NCBI RefSeq assembly: GCF_004010195.1
Contig: NC_057719.1
Span: 16,760,115 to 16,823,531, forward strand
DNA length: 63,417 nt
DNA from: Chiloscyllium plagiosum
Taxonomy: Eukaryota
Reading direction: 5' to 3'
Position numbers and translations under genes: made by a program. Shown here piece after piece: positions 1-12,600 of this stretch. How positions within the stretch are numbered: the first letter of the stretch is position 1; each line of letters starts with the position of its first letter. The notes under the pieces were generated by a model. That model did not search any database and was not told the DNA's origin. It saw nothing but the letters and a program-made list of their open reading frames with translations.

Positions 1-1790
1 GTTAGGGTTTCTGGCTGTGTTTGGTCTGCTTGTCATGGTTTGTTCTTGAGGAATCTGCGCACTGTATTTTTTGAGTATCCGTTCTTCTCGAATAAGTTGT
101 ATAGGTGGTTCTCCTCTGTTTTCCGAAGTTCGTCTGTGCTGCAGTGTGTGGTGGCTCGTTGGAATAGTGTTCTGATACAGCTTCGTTTGTGTGTGTTGGG
201 ATGGTTGCTGGTGTAGTTAAGTATTTGGTCAGTGTTTGTCGGTTTTCTGTATACGCAGTTTTGTAGTTCGCCATTGTCCATTCTTTCGACTGTGACGTCT
301 AGGAATGCGAGTTTGTTGTCGGTTTCTTCCTCATTGGTGAACCTTATGCCTGTGAGAGTGTTGTTGATTATGTTAAATGTCTCTTCTATTTTGTTTTGTT
401 TTGTGATGACAAAGGTGTCATCTACATAGCGGACCCAGATTTTTGGTTTGATGGTTGGTAGGGCTGTTTGTTCTGGTCTTTGCATTACTGCTTCTGCTAT
501 GAATCCTGATAGCGGAGATCCCACGGGTGTGCCGTTGGTTTGTTTGTAGACTATGTTGTTGAAGGTGAAGTGGGTGGTGAGGCACAGGTCCACTAGCTTC
601 ATGATGTTTTCGTTGGTAATGTGATTGATGGTGGTTGGTGTGTGTGTGTGATGGTCTCTTCTAAAAGTGTGGTAAGTGTTTCCTTTGCCAGGTCGATGTT
701 GATGGAGGTGAACAGTGCTGTTACGTCGAATGAGATCACTTCTTCGTCTTCCTCTATTTTGGTGTTTTTGATGATTTTTAGGAATTCCTGGGTGAAGTGG
801 ATGGAGTGCTGTGACTCTTCTACTAGGTACTTCAGTCTTGCGTGTAGTTCTTCGACCAGTCTGTAAGTTGGTGTTCCGGGGAGTAAGACTATAGGTCTGA
901 GGGGGGCTCCTGGTTTATGGATTTTTGGTAGTCCGTAGAATCGTGGGGTGTTGGTCCCGTTGGGTTTCATTTTCTGGAATTCCGTCTTGTTTAATTGTCC
1001 GGAATTGTGATATTTTCTTAGGAGATGTGTAATTTTGTTTCCTAGTTGTGGGGTCGGGTCTAGCGCCACCTGTTGGTAGGTGTTGGTGTTTGCGAGTAAT
1101 GCGTTGGCTTTCTCTATGTAGTCCCTTCTGTTCAGGATAACTGTGAGCCGACCTTTGTCTGCAGGTAATATAACGATGTTTTTGTCTTTTTTGAGGTTTT
1201 CCAAGGCTTTCTTTTCTTGTGTGTTCAGTTTGTTTCCTTCCCTCTTTTGGCTCAGAGTAGATGCAACTGTCTGTCTGATCATTTGCTGTGTTTCTTCCGT
1301 GAGTTTGTTGTCCATCAATGTGGTTTCTAATGCCGCTAGGAAATCCTTCTTGTCAGCATCTCGGTAATTGAAATTTAATCCTTTTACTAGTACCACTTTT
1401 TGTGTGTCTGATAGGGTCCGATCTGATAAGTTCTTTATCCATGCCCCTGTGTTATCGTTTTGTCTTTGTTTGTCAAGTTTTTTCTTCAGGTTCCAATTTT
1501 TCTTTATCTGTGTTTGTCGTTGTTTGGTGTTTATGGCTTGTTCTACCGCGTCTGTCCATTCTTGATTTGTTGCTTGTTTGAATAACGGTTTTTGGCGCAC
1601 AATTTGCCGGTTGATTAGTTCTCAGAGCATTCTGCGGCCGTTTTGTTCTGTTAAACTTCTGGCTTGAGGTGTTTTTATCGGCGGTTTATATTGGAGACAT
1701 TTTGGCCTCATGAATGGTCTCTCCAGAATGCTGATAGGGCTAGGGAGGGAAATATACCACTATTGGTGGGGCCTGTTTGTAGTCCAGTAC
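1..1790 (-). mobile_element. Penelope-like retroelement (RT; Poseidon-type architecture likely), 5'-degenerate, runs off the window edge
   Basis: ORFs 599-1600 and 33-602 carry PLE RT motifs: ILPADKG, PRFYGLPKIHKPGAPLRPIV, ISFDVTALFTSI, GTPVGSPLS, WVRYVDD, FLDV, VYRKPTNTD..Y.S.HP. One frameshift at the (TG)6 run 639-650. Confidence 0.92.
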
Positions 1791-1979
1791 ATCTATTTTT
1801 CAGAACTGGATTTGAAGCATTAACGCTGCTCCTGTCTCCATTGACACTGGCAGATCAGCATTTTCTGATTTCTTTCAGATTTCCAGCGTCCGCAGTATTT
1901 TGCTTTTATTTGAATTTGCACACATTTGGTTCCTGATTCAAGGTTCTCTCTCTGTATTGTGTAATACCATCAACTAAAA

Positions 1980-2940
1980 ATAATCACCCTCCAACATTTC
2001 CTAGTTTCCTGTCCTTCTTAAATGTCATGGATCCTTCAAAATTCAGGTCCCAATCCTGCAGCCATATCTTTTTAGTGGCCACCAGATCCTAATTTCTCAT
2101 TTCTATTTGCACTTTTCATTAGTATTGTGTCAAAGCTACATACATTCAGATTTAGAGCCTTTAGCCTTACCTTTTACTGGATTTAAAACTATAGCCTCAT
2201 ATGTTAGTTGACTCTTTGATTTGCAGATTCCATCCTTTTGTGTTTTGGAAAGCCTGTCTGTCATTTCCAGTATTAATGGCTCTCTTTGGCCTAGACTTTA
2301 TTCTTTGATATACCACATTTTCCCAAATTGGATCTCTTATCCTGACTGTTCATTTTTAAATCTTCTCTTGTTCTGCAGTTGGCAAGGACACTGATCCCAG
2401 CAAGGTTCAATCGGATACCTTTTCATCAATAAAGGTTCCACTTTCCCCCCACACTTGTGCCAGTGCCCAATGAACAGCAACCACCTCCCACCCCCCAACC
2501 CCACTTGTCCACCACCACACATAGGATTTGCACTCTGCAAAGTTTGCACGTGACTCAGGCAATGATGCACGGATTGTCACATTTGATATCTTGCATAATT
2601 TGGTGCCTTGCTTCTCTTACTGACTATGTAGAACCCTCTTATTTTGTCCTGCCTCAGTTATTTGTACCGACATAGACCACATCAAGATTCTCCTCTCCAG
2701 CCCTGAGCAAATATCTCAAAACTTGGTAATGAGAAGACATCACAGTCTTTTGGACTCATTTTTTTTGCTGGAGAGAATTGTATCAATCCCCCTCACTATC
2801 CTGTTCCCCCTGATACCACTTACCCATCATTCCCATTTTGAATGGCTTCCTGTACACAGTCCCATGGTCCATTCGCTGATCCACCTTGCAGACTCATTCT
2901 CATCTAGATAAACTAAAGAACCTTAAACCTGTTGTTTAAC
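1980..2940 (-). mobile_element. Old degenerate CR1-like LINE fragment (ORF1/endonuclease region)
   Basis: Weak reverse-complement resemblance to the CR1 5' region seen at 38.5-39.8 kb; no open frame. Confidence 0.4.
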
Positions 2941-3439
2941 TGCCAAGACCCTGCTGCTCTCTGGATCACCTACCTGTTAACTAATAATCCTCATCTCTCT
3001 GGACTACCATTCATTCTTTGGATTTGAACTTAATGACCATCAGTTCTCCAATTTTGTCCAGCCAAAAGCTAGTCAAGCCTCTGGTACATCACACAATTGT
3101 TATTCTTAAGGGGAACACAGAGGATGTAATAGCCCAAGCAACAATGGGTGCAGAAACTTAGATTCATTAATTGGCAATGGTCAAAACGCATGGCTTTAAT
3201 TTTAAAATGACTTTCTGAACTTGGGAGCAAAATCTGAAGCATTTCAGAAGTTTAAATTGCCAGCAGTGAGTTATCTTGCAATAATTGAATTTATCAGTGC
3301 TACGCTTAACACATTTTAAATTACTTGGGAGAAGGAAGGAAGAGAATGGTAGAAAACACCGAGTTAAAGGTCATTCTTCCACAACTATTGGTAGTTCCTG
3401 CACTTGTTTACTGGCTACAGAGGCCATTTTTAAGAGTCA

Positions 3440-3575
3440 GATGGACAGCACAGAAAACAGACCCGTTGGTTCAGCTTGTCCATGCTGTCCAGATATCCTA
3501 AATTAATCTTGTTCCATTTGCCAGCATTGGGCCCAATCCCTCTAAACCCTTCCATTTCATTTATCTATCCAGAAA
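3440..3575 (-). mobile_element. CR1/HER1-like LINE 3' tail fragment
   Basis: 'acagcacagaaaacagaccc...ccctctaaacccttcc' matches the reverse complement of the CR1 3' ends at 11.8-11.96 kb and 42.85-42.98 kb. Confidence 0.75.
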
Positions 3576-3754
3576 ATAAAAGAGAGTAAAAGATGGGCTC
3601 CAACCACGGAAAATAGCAACTCTCACTTTAGTGCTACATCTTTATGTTATATCGCCTCTTTGTTCTTCCAACCAAAATGCATCAGTACGTATCCCTCTAC
3701 ATTAAATTTCATTTGCAACGTGCTAGTCCATTCCATTGTCCTTATACACTTCAC

Positions 3755-3955
3755 TGGGGTTCAGTTGGCTGGATAGCTGACTTGCAATAAAAAGTGACAC
3801 CAACAGCATGCTCAATACTCACATTAGGAGAGGCCATCATGAAGGCCCTGCCTTCTTAACCTTATTCCTCATCTGAAGCACGGCGACTCTCGGGTTAAAT
3901 TCATTTTGAGTCGTCTCTCCTAAATGAGACAGCGGACCTGTAGTGCTACAGTCAC
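3755..3955 (+). mobile_element. tRNA-derived SINE, degenerate, inserted in an old CR1 fragment
   Basis: Box-A-like head 'ggggttcagttggctgg' and a SINE-sized body; CR1-like sequence continues on both flanks (3640-3750 and 3960-4060). Confidence 0.5.
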
Positions 3956-4372
3956 CATTACACTCTCTTGGAGGTTCATCACTGACCTTCTTATATTCAC
4001 TATGCTGCTGAACTTCATGTCATCACTAAATTTTGAAGATGGGCCCAAGCAGATCATCAATACCCAGCAATGAATTCAGGTTCAGGTTCCCCTTCCACTC
4101 ATAGCTTCAAGATGGGCTTCTAGTCATACACTGACCACCACTGTTGCCCCTATGTGGGAACAAGGGGAAGCTAGATGCTAACAAGGCGAACAAAAAATTT
4201 GAAAGTGAATTAAGCTAAGAATCACTCCTTGTCACATCTGCTGTTTCTTATTGTTTCTAAAGTAGAGTTGATTTGAATGAAGAAAAATGAAGAGCAATCG
4301 TAACTGCTCATCCTTACCACCTTCACAGTACCAAAACGCCCCCTGCTGTATTGAAGTACACATTACAAAGTG

Positions 4373-4690
4373 TCATGATTTGGAGATGCCACTGTTGGAC
4401 TGGGGTGCACAAAGTTAAAAATCACACAACACCAGGTTATAGTCCAACAGGTTTAATTGGAAGCACACTAGCTTTCAGAGTGCCACTCCATCAGGTGTTG
4501 GTGGAGGACACAATTCTAAGGCACAGAATTTATAGCAAAAATTTACGGTGTGATGTAACTGAAGTTATACATTGAAAAATACCTTGATTGTGAACATGTT
4601 GTTTTTCATCTGTTCGAATACCATGATAGTTTCACTTCTTTCATGTGTAAATCACAAACTTTTTTTAAAAAGTTGCATTCTCAGGTTTGC
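4373..4690. mobile_element. Penelope-related terminal-repeat fragment (family 'GATTTGGAGATGCC'), single arm
   Basis: Near-identical to the left arm of 13110-13316; decayed hammerhead-like core on the minus strand near 4465-4497. Confidence 0.75.
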
Positions 4691-5654
4691 TATGGATCCC
4701 TGTTTGAAACCAGGTTAGGAACAAAATAATGGGAGAGCGTGCAGCATCTGACTTTTTCTTCAGATTGTTGGTTGTTTCTTTTCATTGGTCTTTTTGTTTT
4801 ATTAGGATGCAGATGGAATTATTTTGATAAATTGGGACCAAAATCAAGCCAGCTCTCCCAGAAGCAATAACAAAATGATGAATACTGGTAATCAGCAATA
4901 AAATGTAGAAAACATTGGAAATGCAGCAATATCCGAGACAGAACTATGGAATTATAAGGCAAGAGGTTACTTAATCTGTCATCATGTTATCACATCTTCG
5001 AAAGGCTCCTTAATTTAGTCCTGTAACTCTGATTTAGCCTTATTCAAGATCAAAGATTTGTTTTTTGGGGAAAAAAAAATCTGCTCTAGGTAATATAACA
5101 CAAGAATTTCGCTATCAGTTCTCCTGATCCACACAATGCATTGAGGAATAACTTGCAGACACAAACCAGAGATTTTCCATTCTGGGATGTTTTTGGGAAA
5201 TAAATAAAGAGCTTGCTGAAGATTCTCCAATCTCTGTTGTCTCATTGGGAGCACACATTAAGAAGTTCTGCAAACCAAAGAGTAGTTTACCACTCACTCA
5301 TATCCCCTCCCACATTATCCTCTTAATGTGTGGCAGGATGAAAACTCCCTGGTACTCTTGGCTTTCAAATTTTGTTTGCCCTGCCATTAACTGAAAACCT
5401 ATAATCACACAAGGGGCACAACTAAAAAGTTTAACGGAAAATAAGTTATAAAACTAAGTGACTGAATTGCTGCCAGCACCCACTACAAAGTGTATCTTGT
5501 ATATGTGGTAAGACACACCTTTGGACACTGTAACTGAGTGATTAACAGCTATTATAGTCATATTGCTGATACACAAAGCTTGTCTTCCAGATTTAGGATT
5601 AAATCAATGATGCCCAAAGATGGACTTTCCAAATCCAATGTTACAATGTATGCA

Positions 5655-6160
5655 TATCATGAGAGTAGTGCAGTGCTGAAGGAGACCATTCAGCCCATCA
5701 TTTCTGTACTGGTTCAAAGAAGCAATTCACTTAGTCCCATTCTCCTCCATGTAATGTTGCTCATTCTTCCTTTTCAAATAAGAGTCTAAAGTCGTTTTGA
5801 ATGCCTCTATTCTCAGCCTCCATCACATTTTCAGGCAGTGCATTCCAGACCCTAAACACTTGATGCATGGAAAAATTTTTCTCTTACGTCAGTTTGATTC
5901 TTTTGCCAATTACTTCTAAATGTGCTCTCTTGTTCTCAATCCTTTCACGTGTATGAACACTTTGCCCTATCAAGACTCATCTACTTCTATTGGATCCTTC
6001 TCAGCCTCATTTTCCAAGGAAAATAGTCCCTGGAAGCATTTTTGTAAATTTCTTCCCTCCTCTGTCCAAATAAATTCACATCCTTCCTACAATGTGGTGC
6101 TCAGAATTGCATTCATTATTCCAGCTGTAGCTGAACTGATGGCTTATACTAGTAACCGAC
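5655..6160 (-). mobile_element. Old CR1 3' fragment
   Basis: 'ggagaccattcagcccatc...tcaggcagtgcattccagaccct' is the reverse complement of a typical CR1 3' end. Confidence 0.6.
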
Positions 6161-7635
6161 AATAACTTGAATATCTTTATGCTGATCAGCAACAATGCTG
6201 AATGCACACCAAGTGCTTCAGTAACAAATGATTCAAATTGCAGTAGTGCTGAATTAGGTGCAGCTTTGTGTTGTCAGCTCGTTTTTGGCTTGAGAGTGTC
6301 CATAGTTATTTTAGAGGATTTTATTTGGATCAGCATGCTGGACCAGATCTGAACGCAAAGTCTCAGGAGCCTGGGTCCAAGAAGCAGCCAACACATATTC
6401 CTTGGAAATTACGAGCGGTGTTTTAGGCAAGAAAATATGCAAGCACTGGTACCCACGGAGCTGCATCCAACAAAAACCAGTAATTTCTACAAAGGAGGTT
6501 CTGGCAGGATGGAGTAAACAGCAAGAGAATCCAAAAATGAAACAGTGAATTTAAGTGACTGTGTTCTTGGGAAAATATCTTTTTTTTAGATTGGAGATGC
6601 ATTCAGTTTGGATATGTCCTACATCAGCTGCTTAATTCTCTTTCTTACCAGATTGGTTATGTCCAGCAGTGTGCAGATTAGTAGTTCATGACTTAATGAT
6701 TAGACCCAATGATTAGATATTCCAAACTTACATTAAACCTCACATACAGGTGAGGAACAATGAAAGGACTTTTCGTGAAAAAGGATAAATTGGCTCCAAT
6801 ATCAAATTTATTAGGCTGTAATTAGCCACTAAATGTACAATACTCTGGACAATGCCCAGCTCACAGTACAACCTCATATGTTACATTCAGGCTTTGACAC
6901 TTTTTGGAAAAATAAACTTAATTCTACCTATAGACAAATCGTCTACGGAGAAAGAGTAAATTACAAAGAATTCTCAAGTTATACAGACAACTGGAAAAAT
7001 AGAGGATCTAAACTAATGAAATAAACAGACCAGTTTAAAATTCAATTGTCCAGGTGGAATGCTCCAACTGAAACTTAAAAGCATGAATCTTGTCAGTGTA
7101 CATCTGAGATACTGACTGGAACAATCACTTGATCAGCATAAATCAATGAACTGTAATAATTTGACCAGCATAAACCAATGCACTGCTGCATTGTACTTGT
7201 AAAAGTTAGTACTAAGTTCATATACAATTATAATCTTTTTGAACACTCGTATATATTACCAAGGAAACAGTCCTAACTGCAGCAGCAGTGGTGCAGGCCT
7301 GTTTTCTCCAACCAGGAGCCAAAGTTCACAGCCAAGGCTATCTTGCCTAGACATTATTTTTTAGTCTTTCCATTGAAAGACAATTTTGAGGTTGGAAAAG
7401 CAGCAGTTCTGGGAATATAAACAACTTAATAAAGTAACAAGAGATCAATTCCACCTCTTCAAGGTAACAAATCAATCCACATAAAAATAAAACATGCCAA
7501 CTAGTTGTGTTTACAAACAGGGTGATAAAATGAAAATGTAACCTGATGGTTTAACAGTTAGAGCCAGCGTTCATGCAGTTTGTACAACCGGTTCAACAAC
7601 TAGAGTATGACAACTGGCTTCAGCTTCCTTGCACT

Positions 7636-7658
7636 GGGGGGGGTGGGGGGGGGGGGGG
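7636..7658 (+). repeat. Poly-G tract (one T interruption), G-quadruplex-capable
   Basis: Run of about 22 G seen directly. Confidence 0.9.
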
Positions 7659-8742
7659 TAATTATAGAGAGCGAGAGCACGTCCGACAGAGAGTGAGCAT
7701 GACAGCGAGAAAGATTTTGGCAAATCATGATAAGTGGCCACAATTGAATGGGTTTGACGACCTCCAAGGGACAACAGTTACTGACACCATCCGGGGTAAT
7801 ATGCTCACTGAAGGAACAAACCAAAATCTCTGCCTCAGCACAGAAATAGAGGGGTGGGGACCAATGATGGGAAGTGCAAGAATCACCACAGCTCACCTGT
7901 ACCTAAACTACCATGTCCAAACCAATACCTTCCCTCCAGTCAGACGATTCTAACTTGAAACATGAAGTTAGTGACGAAAGAGTTAATTTTACAATAGATA
8001 CAATGGTAAGAGAGAAGCCACACAAGAGTTGAAGTTTAAATTAATCGACGTATGATGCTAAGTATTGTTGACGACGTTAGATCCTTGAATTAAACATTTG
8101 CAGTTTGAGACAGGACAGAGCTCACATAACTGGCTTCACAAATTCTCCACTGGAACATGAAGAGGAAAATCTATAGTGTTGGACTGTTTGCTGGCTTTTG
8201 ATCACTTCTCAAGCCTTGATGATGTGCTCTCCCAAATGAGATAACAATATATAGTGATAACTCTCTCTAGCTTAAAATCTACCAGCACTAATTATCTGAG
8301 CTGATGGATGAGAAATAACCAATGAGAGCAAAGAAAGAACATGTTTACTACTGCTATCTTTATAAGGCAAGAGCACAAATATTCAAAAAAACTTTCTTAC
8401 TTGCTCTCAAGTAACAGCAATATTTAATAGAGATTAGTAATCTGTAGTGGAAGTCACTACAATCAAAGTCAATTCAAATCATATCTTCCACAGCCCATCA
8501 GCACCCACATTAAAAACAAACCCCATCACAGGTCAAAGTATGAACCTAGGGTCCCAACTTTCCTTTAACTTATTCTTTATCTTGCCCAACAACCCAAGAT
8601 ACCTGAGCTATCAACATCAGCACAAGTTCTAATTGTGATACACTAAGCCAAAAAAGCAGAAAAGAGAAAAGCAGAGGAAAGCTTCTGCAACATATTATGA
8701 AACCTCTGGTCACTGATTTCACTTGACTGTTTCAAGGGCAGG

Positions 8743-8748
8743 TTTATT
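8743..8748 (-). promoter_or_regulatory. CCNK: Candidate proximal CCNK polyadenylation signal (AATAAA)
   Basis: First AATAAA seen on the minus strand after the stop codon, about 310 nt downstream; ATTAAA at 8423-8428 is an alternative. Confidence 0.45.
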
Positions 8749-9053
8749 TTAACTGCAGACAATAGCAGCAGGAGCATATTTGGCTGGGATGGAGAGGGGC
8801 AGAAATGTGGTTAAACACAAAAGATGAGGCATCAGTGCAAAAGGAAAAAGTCTTCTTCATTCACCTGCACCTCAAAACGACAGCGTATGACAGAAAATAA
8901 AACGTAAATAGTATATACATCTGTTCAATAATTTGCATCTGCAACAACCACCACTCAAATGTGGGACATAAGACGATCAAAACCATTTTGAGCCACCCCA
9001 AACCTTCTGACAAGCCAAATTACAGTTGACAATTACCAAAGTCCAAACATCCA

Positions 9054-9637
9054 TTACCTCAACCAACCTCGAGTTAGCCCGGCCACAGGTGGCATGCCTG
9101 GTGGCGGCGGCGGTGGTCCAGGAGGTTGCCCCCCAGGCGGTACTGTGGGGGGAGGGTAACTGGTTGGCGGAAGACCCAGTGCCGGTGGAGGTGGCACCGT
9201 ATGAGCAGGGGGAATTCGGGGAGGGGGCAGGTAAGTAGGATTGTACCCTGGCGGGGGATATCCTGGATTAGGAGGGGGGATGTTGGGTGGATAATTTGTG
9301 GGAGGAGGCACAGATGGATTGGGGTACACGTGCGGATGGTAAGGGACATGAGTTGGAGGTCCATAAGATGGCATGCTTCCATACGAGGGTCCGTCAGTCT
9401 TCATCATAGACTGCAGACTCTGGAAGCCTTCCCCAGACATGTAGGAGCTTGTTGTTGACATCCCCATTATGTAAGCAGCAGATGGTGGAGGCCGTTGAGG
9501 AATCTGTGGCTGTTGGTGTACAGTAGGAGGATGAAGAGGTGGTGGGATGGAAGGTTTTGCCACTTCCGAGGCATTTCCTGTTGGAGGTGGTTCACTTTCT
9601 ATGATGCTGGTCCCTGTACTTATGGATGGTTTGCGTT
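9054..9637 (-). CDS. CCNK: CCNK last coding exon (proline-rich C-terminus, stop TAA at 9054-9056)
   Basis: Acceptor TTTCAATTTGTAG|AA; encodes (E)RKPSIS...[29 protein letters not shown]...GLTRGWLR*. Confidence 0.96.
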
Positions 9638-12600
9638 CTACAAATTGAAAAAAAAGAGCACATTTTAACCAAGTACATAACAAATGTGGAACAATTTCAC
9701 ATTGGAACAAAGCAAGCAACAATCCCTTGTTCTTGGGAGCAATGGGAGCAGAAAAGTGGAGGCAAGTCTCAGAAGGCAGCAGAAATGGATATAAACAAAA
9801 ATAGATGAGGGCAATCAATCAGGTCAGACAACCGATAGGTACTCTCAACCGTGAATACAATTTAGGGGTGGTACCAAATCATGATCAGTGCATCACACCT
9901 TAGCAAGAAATTTGGGTAGATGGAAAAGGAGGCATTTGAGAAATAAAAAGGGGTTTTGAACTACTGCAGTCAAGGCAGCAGCTCACAGCCACATTCTCAA
10001 GAGCAATTAGGAACCAGCATTAAATGCTAGCCTAGTCAGCAGTGCCCAAGTAGCATGAGAGAATAAAAATAAGACAGTCTGTCTTTGAAAATGGTTGTGT
10101 TAAGGCTGAACCTTACTTTGCCTTCACCCTCATATACTATTTAATAGACAATAGGTGCAGGAGTAGGCCATTCAGCCCTTCGAGCCTGCACCACCATTCA
10201 ATATAAAGTGGAAATATGTTTCCTACTGCCAGAGTGTCCAATCCTTTCATAATCTTATACGTCTCAATCAGATCCCCTCTCAGTCTTCGAAACTCAAGGG
10301 TATACAAGCCCAGTCGCTCCAGTCTTTCAGCGTAAGGTAATCCCGCCATTCCAGGAATTGACCTCGTGAACCTACGCTGCACTCCCTCAATAGCCAGAAT
10401 GTCTTTAATAACTGGAGCTGAAACACAGGCTGACCTTTTCCACTTGCATTGACTCAGGATAATTGTGATCACAAAGCAGTATGTGAATCTGCCTCCTTCC
10501 AGCTTCCCATCCAAGTTCCTGGCTAACTGAGCTAACTAACTTCCCTTTACTGTACTCTAACGAGGGAGTTAAACCTGATCAGATAATACCCTAGTGAGAT
10601 CAATCATTTTTGCATTCCTCATTTTCACCATCTTTATTAGTTTGATACAATTACAGTATAGTTTCATGGGTTTAGTCTTTTTGGATACCAGGGGTATCTA
10701 AACAACATCTCAAGCCAGGAAAATCCTACGGTAAACCTATTTTGACTGATTTTACCTCAAATGGTATAACAGTGGATTTTAACATCTTTAGACAGGTGAC
10801 TGAATGAACAGCCAAATATCCATTACCATGCTCCTTTCTGAAACAATGGAGGCACATTAGGGCAGCTTCAGATTTTATGATGGCCATATTGGCACCACAA
10901 AGCTGTCACAGCCAAAGGAACTATGGTTCAGGAAAAATGATTTACTTGGAAATTTGGGAACAGAGGTAGAAACAAAAAAACGTGATACAGCATAATCATT
11001 TAGGTAGGCTTCTAGCTCACTAAGCATTAAAAACCAGAGACATAATCTTTGGTTCTAAAAGTAAGATTTCCTCGAATGTGGAAAGTTAATTATACCGGGG
11101 AGAGTAGTCAAAGACAAAATGGTATGAAAATAATCGGTGACAAGGAATTGAAGAAGGTTACCTCAGATTACATCACAATCTTGATTAGATGGGCCAATGG
11201 CTGAGGATTGGCAGATGGGAGTTTAATTTAGATAAATGCAAGGTGCTGCATTTTGGGAAAGCAAATCTTAGCAGGACTTATACGCTTAATGGTAAGGTCC
11301 TAGGAAGTGCTGCTGAACAAAGACCTTGGAGAGCAGGTCAATAGCTCCTTGAAAGTAGAGTTGCAGGTACATAGGACAGTGGTGGTGGTGTTTGGTATGC
11401 TTTCCTTTATTGCCCAGATTATTGAGTACAGGATTTGGGAGATCATGTAGTGGCTAGGATATTGTGAAACTTGAAAGGGTTCAGAAAAGATTTACAAGGA
11501 TGTTGCCAGGGTTGGAGGGTTTGAGCTATACGGAGAAGCTGAATAGGCTGGGGCTGTTTTCCTTGGAGCGATGAAGCCTCAGGGATGACCTCTGATGTTT
11601 ATAAAATCATGAGGGGCATGGATAGGATAAATAGACAAAGTCATTTCCCTGGGGTAGGGGAGTCCAGAACTTGAGGGCATAGGTTTAAGGTAAGAGAGGA
11701 AAGATATAAAAGGGACCTAAGGGTCAGCTTTTTCATGCAGAGGGTGGTGTGTGTATGGAATGAGCTGCCAGAGGAAGTGGTGGAGGCTGGTACAATTGCA
11801 ATATTTACAAGGCATTAGGATGGACATATGAATAGAATGGATTTAGAAGGATATAGGCCAAGTGCTGGCAAATGGGACTAAATTAGGTTGGGTATTCTGG
11901 TCAGCATGTTTGGATTGGACCGAAGGATCTATTGCCACGCTGTACATCTCTATGACTATGTAATTATGGTACTTTTTAATGATCCGTTGCGAAATGCAAA
12001 TGTTGCTAGGCAACTTCAAATGTGTAGAACGTCTTGTCTTCAAGTGGGTTAAAAACAAATGCAGTTTTCCCTTTATCTTAAATTAACATCAAGGCAATAG
12101 GCCAATATTCTTATTTAAAATCAAAATGACCTCTGCATTTCAGTTGAATGTAATTAGAACATGCAATACAGGATAAAGTCCATACTAACAATAAAACATG
12201 ACTGTTTGCACATACAAAGTGAAGCAATGGACTACAGCAAACCTCTTGCAAACATGATCCATTTTAGTTGATGCTCATCTTCTTAGAAGAGATTAGGAAT
12301 GAGCGAAGGATGGCAAGGAATGCCCACATCGGAAATACAGAAATGACATGAATTTCCTCATGAAAACTCGAGGGGAGTTATGAAACACAAACCCAAAACA
12401 TTTCACAGGTAGTGAATAAATTTTGAGTTGTAGTGATTGCATTAACCTTATGATAGTGTAACATCACACCCTCCCCATCGGCAGTAGCAGAAAAGTTAAA
12501 ATGACCATTTCAGATGTTGAAGTTAGGAGTCATACAAAATAGTCCAAACTTATTTGCCTGCATACAAACTGTAACTGCATTGTTATTAATTCAGGTCTTC

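Noticed and set aside
7573..7953. 126-aa ORF with poly-Gly
   Set aside because: The poly-Gly comes from the G homopolymer; no homology recognised and no splice support.
1800..9000. CCDC85C terminal coding exons expected from human synteny
   Set aside because: No matching peptide found by eye on the plus strand.
9638..9818. N-terminal 60 aa of ORF 9054-9818
   Set aside because: Intronic read-through upstream of the acceptor at 9638.
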